Positions 45,265 through 54,342 are shown, numbered from the stretch's first letter. The stretch is 57,924 bases of DNA from a virus (IMGVR_UViG_3300027863_000043:1-57924); one strand, 5' to 3'. Program-made: numbers and translations. Notes: generated by a model not told the origin, from the letters alone.

Positions 45265-46479
45265 TCAGTCCTCGGTAACGGGTGAGAAGTCGTCAGCGGC
45301 CGTGCTACGAGTGATCGCTTCACGCTTGTCGGTTGCGGGTACGAGTGTCGGTTTGCCGGGTCGCATCTCAACGTGCGGTTCGAGCAGCTCCCGATACCGC
45401 GCCTTGCCGAGTACCTTTTCGACGGCGGCAACGGTCAGGGGTCGCCGCTCGTACAGTACCGCCTCCTCCACGCCGCTGGCGACCAGTGCCGCGAACGCTT
45501 CATCGAGGTCTCTGTACTGTCGACTCCCGCGGCCTTCAACGGCCTTCCAGCCGGGTAACTCGGTGCCTGACAGGCACTGCGCCAGGGCGTACTCCTCAAG
45601 GTCAGCCACCCATTTGGCCAGGTCCTGAGCCTTCGCCAGTATCTCGGCCACTTCTACATCCGAGATGAGCGGGGGCTTCATCTTCTTGAACCCCTCAAGC
45701 GCAAGGTTCGCGTCCGCCCTGGCGCGGCAAGCGTGCCGGGCCCGGCAGAACCGGCAGTGTTCACCCGGGACGTACTCGCCCTCGCCGACGTGGGCCAGAG
45801 CCGCGAGGGGCTTGATGGACGCTCCCCATGCCAACAGCTCGGTCAGAGAGATTGTGTCCTCCGTGATGCTGTCGAGCCGAGGCTGGATGATGGCCATCTT
45901 GATGGTGTCGATGGGGTACAAGAACCCATAGGCCGCGTAGGCCCCAAGTGCGTAGAGTCGCATCTGCGTGTTGCCCACGGCGTCAACGGGGACGCCTTTG
46001 CCGTACTTCAGATCCGTGACGTACAGCGTCCCCCCGCCGATGACGATGCAGTCGCTCGTACCGAACCCTTCGGGCGCCCAGGCCCCGTAGTCCACCTGCT
46101 TCTCGACGGCCACGTACGGCGGAGACGTGTAGGCATGAACGATGGCTTGGACGTACTCGAGGTACACATCGGTGTGCTTGTTCATTCCGCGATCCCAGTC
46201 CGGATGATCGCCCAGCTGTGCCAGGAGCTTTTTCAGCGCCGCGTTATACTTGCGCACCGTCATCGGTTCGACGAACGCCTTGCGGAGCTTGAGCTCGGCG
46301 ATCTCGTGTGCCAGGGAGCCTTCGGCCGCGTACTCCGACCCAGTGTCCGGGAACTGCGCGGACAGCCGGGCGCTCGGTGTACAGGTGAGCCACTGCTTGC
46401 TTGATGAGGCGCTGAGCACCGCGTGTGCGCGTTCGGCGTGAGCACGTTCGGTCGGCGCCGCGGTTGATGTTGAAGTCAT
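45265..46479 (-). CDS. DUF2800 PD-(D/E)XK (Cas4-like) nuclease
   Basis: 'HAVLSASS..QWL.C..S','AAEGSLAH','GFGTSDC','DLKYGKG','QMRLYALG','CRFC...C','GWKAVEGR'. Confidence 0.9.
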   Translation of the reverse strand: MTSTSTAAPTERAHAERAHAVLSASSSKQWLTCTPSARLSAQFPDTGSEYAAEGSLAHEIAELKLRKAFVEPMTVRKYNAALKKLLAQLGDHPDWDRGMNKHTDVYLEYVQAIVHAYTSPPYVAVEKQVDYGAWAPEGFGTSDCIVIGGGTLYVTDLKYGKGVPVDAVGNTQMRLYALGAYAAYGFLYPIDTIKMAIIQPRLDSITEDTISLTELLAWGASIKPLAALAHVGEGEYVPGEHCRFCRARHACRARADANLALEGFKKMKPPLISDVEVAEILAKAQDLAKWVADLEEYALAQCLSGTELPGWKAVEGRGSRQYRDLDEAFAALVASGVEEAVLYERRPLTVAAVEKVLGKARYRELLEPHVEMRPGKPTLVPATDKREAITRSTAADDFSPVTED

Positions 46480-46483
46480 GCGG

Positions 46484-46816
46484 TCATCCCTCCCCTCGTT
46501 CGCTGACCTTCGGGGTTGCCGTTTCGCCGAGGATGAACTGCACGTCGATGACGGAACCCGTCGCAAGATCGTTGAAGTGATCCTCGATGTACTGGTGAGC
46601 GGTCTGCATCGTCCGGGCACGCCAGGCGCAAGGCAGAAAGGTGCACTCATCCAGCCGGAGTTTGTACACCATGACGAGTGGCCTGGTACCCCCGAAACTG
46701 CCATCCATCAGCAGCCAAGCTTCCTTCGGCTCATCAGACGCAAGCTGCGTCGCGATGACAGGAATGGATAGCGGTGAGTCACGGATCTCAAACGCCTTGG
46801 TCACAAGGGGCCTCAT
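46484..46816 (-). CDS. Hypothetical protein
   Basis: ATGA-coupled ORF in operon. Confidence 0.6.
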   Translation of the reverse strand: MRPLVTKAFEIRDSPLSIPVIATQLASDEPKEAWLLMDGSFGGTRPLVMVYKLRLDECTFLPCAWRARTMQTAHQYIEDHFNDLATGSVIDVQFILGETATPKVSERGEG

Positions 46817-47307
46817 ATTCGTGCCCCCAGGCTTCGGAGGGCCGTCGCAAAGTCGCCGTACCGCTCATGCGGCAGCGCGGTAAGCGCGTCGACGCCGTAC
46901 TGCCCAAGGAGGCCTCGGACTTCGGCCATCCGTCCCGCATCAATGAGCTGCGTCGCGGCAACGGCAAGCTGATCCATCGTGTACGTCGGCGCAGACGTGG
47001 GAGCGCCAACTGGCGGCTGTTGAGGCGGTGCCGCTTGCTGAGGCGCCGGTTGAGCTGGGGCGGTCTGCTGCGGCATTCCCGATGACACGGGGACACCCGC
47101 AGGCGGTTGCTGCGGATAACTTGGCGCGCTCCCAGGTTGCTGCACCGGTGTGCCGCTGACCGGTGGAGACTGTGGTGCGGGTGTTGTCCAGGGGGCTTGA
47201 TTCGTTACGGGAGCCGGTGCAGCCACCCCTCCGTGCGACAGGACGGTGAGGGCGGACAGGACTTCAGGCGTGAGATCAGCAGGAGCGAGCTCGATGGTCA
47301 GTCTCAT
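46813..47307 (-). CDS. Pro/Gln-rich protein with short conserved C-terminal domain, typical upstream of DUF2800
   Basis: GAGGAGG RBS; 'LLGQYGV.ALT.LP.E.YG.FA..LR.LGA.I'. Confidence 0.7.
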   Translation of the reverse strand: MRLTIELAPADLTPEVLSALTVLSHGGVAAPAPVTNQAPWTTPAPQSPPVSGTPVQQPGSAPSYPQQPPAGVPVSSGMPQQTAPAQPAPQQAAPPQQPPVGAPTSAPTYTMDQLAVAATQLIDAGRMAEVRGLLGQYGVDALTALPHERYGDFATALRSLGARI

Positions 47308-47339
47308 TGGTGGTCCTCCTCGGGTATGTGCTAGGGTTA

Positions 47340-47972
47340 CTAGACGGCGCGCCGCTGCTGGGCGGTGCGGACGAGCAGGCGGACCCGTTGCTCGGCCGCG
47401 AGGTATAGATGCCAGCATGCCGGTTCGGTCTCGGGGTCCGCATGACGCCACGTGTCGTACCGGGCATCGCGTTCGCGGATGGCCGCAGAGAGATCGGCTT
47501 GGACGTCGGAGTAGTCTGGCGCGGGCATCAGGGGTTTACCTCGCAGGTCGTTGACCAGCTTGGCCATCGCAGCATCAATGGCAGGCGAGACGTCCTTGAG
47601 CAGCCACTGCGGACCGTAGAGTTGGACGGCAAAGTGACAGTCCTCGCAGACGAGCAGCTGCCTGCCTTGTACCTCAGTCTCGTGCCGTACGGGCCCGGTG
47701 AAGCGGTGGCAGTGGTCACAGCGTGGCTGTGTCTCGCGACCTGGGCCACGGGGTGCACGTAGACGGTCAAACAGCTCGGCAATCTTCATGGGCTTGTCCT
47801 CCTTCAATCGGTTGGCGGTTAGACGCTCAGCGTGTTTGCGACGGCGCCGGATGCATCGCGGGCAGAGGTCCACGGGCCCCAACGAGACCCAGGCGCCGGA
47901 ATTGAGTTGTATGCACCTGATTCGGACAGCGCCGACGGATAGGCAGTCCTGGCAGCGCTTCTGGCTACGCAT
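47340..47972 (-). CDS. Cys-rich hypothetical protein (internal start with RBS at 47789)
   Basis: Four CxxC motifs; AAGGAGG before MKIAELF. Confidence 0.5.
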   Translation of the reverse strand: MRSQKRCQDCLSVGAVRIRCIQLNSGAWVSLGPVDLCPRCIRRRRKHAERLTANRLKEDKPMKIAELFDRLRAPRGPGRETQPRCDHCHRFTGPVRHETEVQGRQLLVCEDCHFAVQLYGPQWLLKDVSPAIDAAMAKLVNDLRGKPLMPAPDYSDVQADLSAAIRERDARYDTWRHADPETEPACWHLYLAAEQRVRLLVRTAQQRRAV

Positions 47973-48213
47973 TGGACTTGTCCGGCATAGCTGTCGGCTT
48001 GAGCGCGTCGCGGTTGAGGGCCTCATAAACCGCTCGATCCTTGAATCCGCAGAACAGGCAGTCGTCGTTGTGCCCAATCAACTGAACTCGTCGTAGTTCA
48101 CCGCGCAGACGCTCAACCTCGGCGGCCAGCTGGTTGCGCTCACGTACCAACCCGCGTACGGACTTCAGGTCAATCGCCGTTTCCTTCGGCAGAAGATCGT
48201 CAGTGGAGCCCAC
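47965..48213 (-). CDS. Hypothetical coiled-coil protein
   Basis: GGGAGG RBS before GTG. Confidence 0.45.
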   Translation of the reverse strand: MGSTDDLLPKETAIDLKSVRGLVRERNQLAAEVERLRGELRRVQLIGHNDDCLFCGFKDRAVYEALNRDALKPTAMPDKSNA

Positions 48214-48283
48214 AGAGCTTGTCCTCCCTTGTCGCCCTGTGGCCCAGGTGATACACTGGCCGCAGAGCGTGGCGTTTTGCGCT

Positions 48284-48637
48284 TCACTTGGGCTCGCCGG
48301 CACCTGCCAGGGCTGCGGCGAGCTTTTGCACGTCTACTTCCAGTCGGTCCGTGTGGTAGCGGATACGGGCGGCGGCCTGGCGCGCCTGGATAGCTAAGCC
48401 AAGACTGTACGTGCTATCGAACGTCACGATCTGCGAGGCCTTCGCGCGGGCTAAGTACAGTGCGCCCAGGTCCTCTGCGGCGTGTTCCTCATGCCGTAGG
48501 TCCCTTACGTGTGCCTGGAGGTCGGCGAGGAGCTGTGCGGTGTCACGCGGCACGACGAGTCCGGCCACATACCGCATCCGGTCTCGCCAGTTCGCGCGGT
48601 CCTGCAGCTGCATCGTGAGTGGTCGACTGTCTTCCAT
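48284..48637 (-). CDS. Hypothetical protein
   Basis: AAGGGGGTG RBS; helical. Confidence 0.55.
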   Translation of the reverse strand: MEDSRPLTMQLQDRANWRDRMRYVAGLVVPRDTAQLLADLQAHVRDLRHEEHAAEDLGALYLARAKASQIVTFDSTYSLGLAIQARQAAARIRYHTDRLEVDVQKLAAALAGAGEPK

Positions 48638-48643
48638 GTGTTG

Positions 48644-48811
48644 TCACCCCCTTTCACGGTCGAGCCACTCATCTACCGCCTGACGGATCTCGGCATCGCT
48701 ATGGCCCAGGCGTCTCATACTCGCGATGAGCAACCTCAGGTCTGACTCAGCGCGTCGGGCCAGGTGGGCGCTGAGTGTGTAGTCAGGCGTCGTCTTCTGC
48801 GGTTCCTTCAC
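48644..48811 (-). CDS. Unannotated 55-aa protein (MKEPQKTTPDYTLSAHLARR...)
   Basis: AAAGGAG RBS, GTG start; fills the gap after xis. Confidence 0.5.
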   Translation of the reverse strand: MKEPQKTTPDYTLSAHLARRAESDLRLLIASMRRLGHSDAEIRQAVDEWLDRERG

Positions 48812-49094
48812 CGACGGGTCTCCTTTCGAGTCTGGCCTCGATCCATTTGTCTACATCTTCCAGCCGGAGGAAAATCTTGCTTCGAATCCGGAACGACGGG
48901 ATTTCATCGTTGTCGATCATGCGACGAAGAGTTTTGCTGTGAATACGTAGATACCGAGCGCACTCTTCCACCGTCATGTGCCGGCTGTAAAGGGCTTGCT
49001 CAATTCGCGGTTCAAGGCGTTCCAGCAACCGGCGTTCCAGGTCATCCGTGATTTCTTGGCGCAGTTCCTGGAACGCCGCCTCAAAAAGTGGCAT
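48783..49094 (-). CDS. xis: Excisionase-family HTH protein
   Basis: 'MTVEECARYLRIHSKTLRRMI...IPSFRI...LEDVDKWI'. Confidence 0.8.
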   Translation of the reverse strand: MPLFEAAFQELRQEITDDLERRLLERLEPRIEQALYSRHMTVEECARYLRIHSKTLRRMIDNDEIPSFRIRSKIFLRLEDVDKWIEARLERRPVGEGTAEDDA

Positions 49095-49106
49095 GTGGCA
49101 TCTCTC

Positions 49107-49355
49107 CTAGGAGGATACTTTTTCTCTCATCCGAAAAAATTCTGACTTAACCCCGAAAAAAATTTTGTCCGCCGGAACGCCGTAAACTTGCTCGGCCTGC
49201 AGTACAAAAGTATGCGGTACGCGCGTCGAGTCTTGCTCGTATTTCCACAAGGTGTCTCTATGAATCCCGAATTTCTTTGCGGCCTCGATTAGGGTCAGCC
49301 CGCAGTTTACGCGCGCGGCTTTCAAGGTCAGCTGTATCGTGATGTTCTGCTCCAC
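49107..49355 (-). CDS. Cro-like XRE HTH regulator
   Basis: 'LKAARVNCGLTLIEAAKKFGIHRDTLWKYE'; divergent from the repressor. Confidence 0.85.
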   Translation of the reverse strand: MEQNITIQLTLKAARVNCGLTLIEAAKKFGIHRDTLWKYEQDSTRVPHTFVLQAEQVYGVPADKIFFGVKSEFFRMREKVSS

Positions 49356-49383
49356 GGGACTCGTCTCCTTTCCGCATAGGGAC

Positions 49384-49463
49384 ATCTTATACGAATAAAA
49401 TCGGACTGTCAACCGACTTTTTCGGATATTCGGTTGCTTTTTTCGGTCTGCATCGGATATAAT
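49384..49463. promoter_or_regulatory. Divergent lysis/lysogeny promoters with operators
   Basis: Minus: TTGACA(49412-07)-17 bp-TAAGAT. Plus: TTGCTT(49434)-18 bp-TATAAT(49458). Repeated CGA..TCGG half-sites. Confidence 0.75.
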
Positions 49464-49497
49464 CGAACCGTCCTGGACAAGGCCGAAGGAGGGCTGG

Positions 49498-49905
49498 ATG
49501 GTGGATCGCGGAAAGCACACTGAGTATGAGTCAAAGCTGCGAGACACGATCGCGGCGAATTTGCGCCAGTTGCTGGCGGACCGGAACATGACTCAAATGG
49601 AACTCAGCAGACGCTCCGGTATCCCGACCAGCACGATGTCGGATTACTTAAACTCGAAGTCTCTAGCGGTCCCTGGCAACGTAGAGAAACTCGCACGAGC
49701 GCTGGACGTCGAGAAACATCTGATCGATCCCAGTTTTGCCGACCGAGAAGGATTGACACCAAAGGTTCCACGCATCGGCGTACAACGGATCTTTGACACC
49801 GTTGCGCGGGCAGAAGAACTGCCTGACGAGGATCTGGAAGTGCTGGCAGAGGGTATTGAAGCCTTGGTGAAGCACCATCTCGGGAAACACAAGGACCGGT
49901 CTTGA
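49498..49905 (+). CDS. CI/ImmR-like XRE repressor
   Basis: 'NLRQLL..RNMTQMELSRRSGIPTSTMSDYL'. Confidence 0.88.
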   Translation: MVDRGKHTEYESKLRDTIAANLRQLLADRNMTQMELSRRSGIPTSTMSDYLNSKSLAVPGNVEKLARALDVEKHLIDPSFADREGLTPKVPRIGVQRIFDTVARAEELPDEDLEVLAEGIEALVKHHLGKHKDRS

Positions 49906-49917
49906 CGGAGGTTTTCC

Positions 49918-50559
49918 ATGCGAGAGTGTTCACCGCTAGGCTTCCCCGTGTCAGATTTGCCCCAGAGATGCCGTACATACCGCGCGCTTCGAAAGGCGCG
50001 GGAGTTTCTTATCCGTTCGCACGTGACGAAATTGCCGATTCAACCTCAAGTTCTGTACGACATGTACGGCTGGGGTTTGTATTCCAAAGACGAAGCGCGG
50101 TCGATTTTCCCGGGCGTCGACTTCCTGCGTAAGGGTATCGAGGCTCGCACGGTGCGGCACCGAGAAACGGGAGCCTACATTACGGTCTATGATGAGACCG
50201 TGCTGCCAGAGCGAATCCTTTTCACCCTGGCCCATGAGATTGGTCACATTGAAATGGGGCACCTTGTGGCTCTGTCTCAACGCGACGAGCTCCTTACCGC
50301 ACTAGTGCGTCCTGTTGTTGAGCGCGAGTCCGACAAATTCGCTGCCGAACTGCTCGCCCCGACCGCCGTACTGCGTGCTTTGGGCCTCACCAACCCCGCA
50401 GAGATAGCCAGAGTCTGCGGACTGTCGACTCAGGCATCGCGAAATCGGGCGCGGGAGCTGGCCTGGTATTGCGACACACCGATGTGCCTAGAGATGTCAC
50501 AAGACATGCGCGATCTATTTTCACCGTTCATTTCCAACCTTTGCTCCGTGGCGCGATAG
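49918..50559 (+). CDS. immA: ImmA/IrrE-family metallopeptidase (anti-repressor)
   Basis: 'FTLAHEIGH', 'ERESDKFAAELLAP'. Confidence 0.9.
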   Translation: MRECSPLGFPVSDLPQRCRTYRALRKAREFLIRSHVTKLPIQPQVLYDMYGWGLYSKDEARSIFPGVDFLRKGIEARTVRHRETGAYITVYDETVLPERILFTLAHEIGHIEMGHLVALSQRDELLTALVRPVVERESDKFAAELLAPTAVLRALGLTNPAEIARVCGLSTQASRNRARELAWYCDTPMCLEMSQDMRDLFSPFISNLCSVAR

Positions 50560-50595
50560 TCTAGCATCTTTATCTGAGAAAGGAGGTGATAATCT

Positions 50596-51846
50596 ATGCC
50601 GAGCATTGAGAAGCGCGGCGCGAATTCCTGGCGTCTCGTGGTAGAAGATGGGTACGACGCCACCGGCAAGCGCGTCCAGCGCAAACGAACGGTGAAGGTA
50701 GACGATCCGGAACTGCTGAAAGGCACCAAGGGGGCGAACCAGCGGCTCCAAGACTATCTGCGTATGGAACTGCTCAAGTTCCAACGTGAAGTCGAGTCGG
50801 GGCAATTTGTTCAGCCGTCCAAGATGACCGTCTCGGAGTTTGTCGCGGTATGGAAGCAGAACCACGCTGATCAAAAGCTCGGGGCCTACACGCGCCGGCA
50901 CTACGTGCAGCTGCTCAACGCTCACGTTCTCCCCGCGTTTGGGCGCATGGACATCGACAAACTAAAGACGATGCACCTGGTGTCATTTTTCTCGCGTCTG
51001 CGTACGCCGGAAGGCCGTAAGGATGGACGGAACAAGCTACTGTCGGCCAGTACGCGAATCAACATTTACAACGCCTTAAAATCCGTCCTGGATGCGGCCC
51101 ATCGTTGGCGTGTGGTATCGGCCAACCCCCTGGATGGCGTGGAACGCCCGAAGGCTGACAAGGCGGAGAAACGAGCCGCGAGAGAAGTAAAGCACGCGTA
51201 CACGCGCACCGAGGCTGAGCAGCTCATTGTTGCACTCATGGACGAACCAGAGCACTGGCGGCTGTATTTCCTCGGCGTGCTGTTGGGCGGATTTCGGCGC
51301 GGCGAAATGCTAGGGGTGGAGTGGCCACAGGTAGACTTCGACCACGGCGGCATCCACGTGGAAAAGCAGATTTCTCTGGACGAATTTGGCCGACCGGTGG
51401 AAGCGGAACTGAAAACCGAAGAATCGCGCGCGTACGTCCCGATGCCGCAATGGTACATGGAGGAGCTCGCCCGATATCGCAAGGCGTGGATTGAGCAGAA
51501 ATGGCACCAGCAGGCCCGGCTCAAGTGGACGGGGGGCGACAAGCAGTATGTCTTTCATCCGGGCACCGGCGAGAAGTTCTATCCGCAAAGCCCGTCGCAT
51601 CAATGGCGCAAATTTCTCACGAGACACGATCTGCCGAGAATCCGTCTCCACGACTTGCGTCACACGACGGCCATGTTGCTGCGCGAGCAGGGAATTGACA
51701 TGAAGACCATCCAAGAGCGACTTCGGCACTCGAGGCTCTCCACCACGGCCGACCTGTACACCCACGAATCGGAGCTGGTGAGCCGCGACGCCGCAGATAA
51801 ACTGGAATCGCTCAATCCGTTCCCAACCCGTTCCCAAAGCCACTGA
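50596..51846 (+). CDS. int: Tyrosine integrase
   Basis: Arm-binding N-domain; 'GFRRGEMLG','LKT..S','RLHDLRHT','RLRHS..STTADLYTH'. Confidence 0.95.
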   Translation: MPSIEKRGANSWRLVVEDGYDATGKRVQRKRTVKVDDPELLKGTKGANQRLQDYLRMELLKFQREVESGQFVQPSKMTVSEFVAVWKQNHADQKLGAYTRRHYVQLLNAHVLPAFGRMDIDKLKTMHLVSFFSRLRTPEGRKDGRNKLLSASTRINIYNALKSVLDAAHRWRVVSANPLDGVERPKADKAEKRAAREVKHAYTRTEAEQLIVALMDEPEHWRLYFLGVLLGGFRRGEMLGVEWPQVDFDHGGIHVEKQISLDEFGRPVEAELKTEESRAYVPMPQWYMEELARYRKAWIEQKWHQQARLKWTGGDKQYVFHPGTGEKFYPQSPSHQWRKFLTRHDLPRIRLHDLRHTTAMLLREQGIDMKTIQERLRHSRLSTTADLYTHESELVSRDAADKLESLNPFPTRSQSH

Positions 51847-52099
51847 CCTACGACGGATGACCCATGAAGGGAAATAGAAAACCCCTTGTATCACAAGGGA
51901 TCTTCGGGTCTTCCTTTGGTGGAGGTAGTCGGATTCGAACCGACGGCCCCCTGCGTGCAAGTTTGGTTGCGTTACGGGAACGGCATGGCCTTTCTTCGCG
52001 CCACCCCTTGATAGACTGGGGGCGGCGCATTTTTATTTGGAACGCGATAGACACGTTTGCATCCCTGTGCACGCAATTCCGTTCCCAATCCGTTCCCAA
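51817..52099. repeat. Integrase arm-type sites: tandem CCGTTCCCAA pairs flanking attP
   Basis: Copies at 51817, 51828, 52079 and 52090; inverted partial GGGAACGG at ~51976. Confidence 0.7.
51917..51961 (-). other. attP core: 3' half of tRNA-Ala(UGC)
   Basis: Reverse complement CTTGCACGCAGGGGGCCGTCGGTTCGAATCCGACTACCTCCACCA: anticodon loop, T-arm, CCA; 5' half absent. Confidence 0.88.
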
Positions 52100-52166
52100 G
52101 CGACCGACGACTTTGGGGCTGGGCTTTTGCGCGGAAAAAATATCCCAATCAATCGGCTATACTCTG

Positions 52167-52195
52167 TTGACATACTGTCATGACAATGGTATTAT
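52167..52195 (+). promoter_or_regulatory. Strong sigmaA promoter with palindromic operator
   Basis: TTGACA-17 bp-TATTAT with TG extension; TGTCATGACA palindrome at 52176-85. Confidence 0.8.
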
Positions 52196-52234
52196 AGAGA
52201 CATCAAGAGGAGCACACAAACGGAGGCGGTTGAG

Positions 52235-52648
52235 ATGGCGCAGACAAAATGGATTTACGACACAGCTTACATGATGCGGCGGGCGCATGAAATGGCAAAG
52301 GTGGACAGCAATCGGCTGAAGAACTACCGCCAGAAGTTCTCCGCAGCTCTCAAATATCAGTGGGGACAAGCGCGCAAGGCGCTCCGTGCGGCCCTTGAGA
52401 AGGAACAATCCCGTTCCGCTATCCGTAGCGTCCCTGCTTCCGCGGTGCGCCCGGCGACTCCAAAGCAGCTTGAGTATCTCGGTAAGTTGGCCCGCAGGCT
52501 CGACAGGGTCGAGATGTTCGATTCTTTCTCAGGGACCGGCCGTCAGGCCGCAACCGAAATCCGTTCCAAGTCCCGCAACCGCCTGAGCATGGAAGACGCA
52601 AGCTCCCTGATTGACTGGGCTATCGACCTGCTCGACGACGCGATGTGA
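52235..52648 (+). CDS. Accessory protein (137 aa)
   Basis: GGAGG RBS; 'MRRAHEMAK...FSAALKYQW' and 'PATPKQLEYL...AS.LID' short domains. Confidence 0.75.
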   Translation: MAQTKWIYDTAYMMRRAHEMAKVDSNRLKNYRQKFSAALKYQWGQARKALRAALEKEQSRSAIRSVPASAVRPATPKQLEYLGKLARRLDRVEMFDSFSGTGRQAATEIRSKSRNRLSMEDASSLIDWAIDLLDDAM

Positions 52649-52699
52649 GAGGCTACGCCGCAGGTCACACAGGGGACCGGGCGATAGGAGGAAAAAGAA

Positions 52700-52999
52700 G
52701 TGAAACTGAATCTACGGGTCGTCGATGCACCAAGCAACAGCAAACTCGCTCGTCCACCATTTGCCGCTATCTACCGCAACGGTGAGCGCATCGATAACCC
52801 GCGAGGGCTGTGGGGCAAGGCCGGAGGTGTCATTGAGATGCAGCCTGGCGAGACGTGGGAGATCGAGATGGGCGCGGAATTCCGGGTCGGTCGTCACACG
52901 GAACGCGCGTCCGAGCGCATCGCTATAACGCCGGGCCGCCACCAGCTGGTCCACGGGCAGTCGCAGTATTTCATCGTCCAGATCACCGAGATTGCGTAG
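52700..52999 (+). CDS. Accessory protein (99 aa)
   Basis: AGGAGG RBS, GTG start. Confidence 0.7.
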   Translation: MKLNLRVVDAPSNSKLARPPFAAIYRNGERIDNPRGLWGKAGGVIEMQPGETWEIEMGAEFRVGRHTERASERIAITPGRHQLVHGQSQYFIVQITEIA

Positions 53000-53052
53000 T
53001 CGCCCCGCACCCATAGCAAGGCGCTGCAGGTCACGTCGCCATCTAACAGACA

Positions 53053-53113
53053 GGTCGAAACCTAGCCCCACACGGGGCGATGGTCTGCCCGTGATGCGGG
53101 CACTGAGGAGATC
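53053..53113 (+). ncRNA. Type II hammerhead ribozyme
   Basis: GGTC-GAAA-stem III-GTC(cleavage after 53085)-stem I TGCCCG/CGGGCA-CTGAGGA-GATC (closes stem II with GGTC). Confidence 0.8.
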
Positions 53114-53129
53114 GAAGGAGGGAATCACG

Positions 53130-53555
53130 ATGCACAGAATCAACATTACCGACTCCGCGCAGTGGTTTGACGCTGACAAAGCCACGAGTTACGACGGCTA
53201 CGCGCCCGAGGTCCACGGTAAGTTCGTCGACGTCAACACGGGCGACGAGTGGACGACGCACACCCTCTACCACACCAAGATGGATCAATGGGTGCTGGTC
53301 GTGGATAGTGCCTGGGCCAAGTCGCGCACGGCGGAGATCCTCGAACCGTCCGCCGCCTATGCGTGGCTGGCGCGCAACCGACATCACGACGCGATACCGC
53401 CGGAGGTGGACGACGCCAACAGTTTAGACAGCACCGGTTCGACACCCCGGCGAACCGTCCGTATCCCAGACGACCTGTGGGACCGGGCTCAATCGACCGG
53501 GAACGCCTCAGGCCTGATCAACCACCTGTTGACCGACTATTTCGGTCTGCGGTAA
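53130..53555 (+). CDS. Accessory protein with C-terminal ribbon-helix-helix domain
   Basis: AAGGAGG RBS; 'TPRRTVRIPDDLWDRAQ...ASGLINHLLTDYF'. Confidence 0.75.
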   Translation: MHRINITDSAQWFDADKATSYDGYAPEVHGKFVDVNTGDEWTTHTLYHTKMDQWVLVVDSAWAKSRTAEILEPSAAYAWLARNRHHDAIPPEVDDANSLDSTGSTPRRTVRIPDDLWDRAQSTGNASGLINHLLTDYFGLR

Positions 53556-53665
53556 AATGGACCCAATCCGCGCGATGGCGCGGCCCCTTTGAAGGAACAT
53601 GTCCGAGTCTTGCAAGTGCAAGCGACAGCACAATTTCCGCGCTTCGGCGCGGCCCCGGTGAGCGC

Positions 53666-53702
53666 AAAAAAATCCCACTCCATCACGGGGTGGGCTTTTT
53701 TT
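53666..53702. terminator. Bidirectional intrinsic terminator
   Basis: A-tract, CCCACTCC/GGGGTGGG hairpin, T-tract; between convergent genes. Confidence 0.8.
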
Positions 53703-53712
53703 GCTGTCCTGA

Positions 53713-54342
53713 TTACGCGCCTTGCACGGGCGGCACAACAGCACCGGCGGGTGCGCTTGGTGTTGGTGAGCTTGGTGTTGGTGCACTTGGTGTTGGTGCA
53801 CTTGGTGCCGTCGACGTGTCAACCACCGGTACGGTCTGTGCGGGCGTGTTCGCCTGGGACGCGGCCTGACTCAGCTGGTTCGCCGCGGTCACACTCGGGC
53901 TGCTAGACACCTTGGACGCGAGAGACTGGAACTCACCCACTACCCCAAGCACCTGGCTCACACTGACCGTCTTACCGAACAGGTTGTGGACCTCATTCGT
54001 GATGGCCACGGCGACCGCATTCTTGGTCTCCGGTGTCATGGTCTCAACCTTAACGTCCAGGTTGTGAAGGACCGCCGTAGCGGCCTTGTAGATTTCCGAC
54101 TGCTGAACCTGCGACTCGAGGTGCTTGGCCTTCAGTTCTAGTGCCGCGAGCTGCGGCGCGTGCAGGGCTTCACTTGCAAGCGTCTCGGCCTCGGCAACTC
54201 CAGCAGAGACGATGCCCTTGTGGTTCTCGCCCCACTTCACGAGCGGGCGGATAAACTGAAACTTCTTTTCGAGCCCCGCGACGATCAGGGCATACAGCGC
54301 GGTGGCCTCCGGGGACGTGGCGAGGGACTGCCATGCAATCAC
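53713..54342 (-). CDS. Holin-like membrane protein with Pro/Ser/Thr repeat tail
   Basis: N-terminal hydrophobic helix; lysis module; 15-bp repeats at ~53756-53807. Confidence 0.5.
   Translation of the reverse strand: MIAWQSLATSPEATALYALIVAGLEKKFQFIRPLVKWGENHKGIVSAGVAEAETLASEALHAPQLAALELKAKHLESQVQQSEIYKAATAVLHNLDVKVETMTPETKNAVAVAITNEVHNLFGKTVSVSQVLGVVGEFQSLASKVSSSPSVTAANQLSQAASQANTPAQTVPVVDTSTAPSAPTPSAPTPSSPTPSAPAGAVVPPVQGA

Noticed and set aside
45265-46479. Cas4 adaptation gene of the CRISPR module
   Set aside because: DUF2800 is a standard partner of DUF2815 SSB and PolA in this replication module; no cas1/cas2
51917-51961. Functional tRNA gene
   Set aside because: Only anticodon loop to CCA is present; no D-arm or 5' acceptor strand
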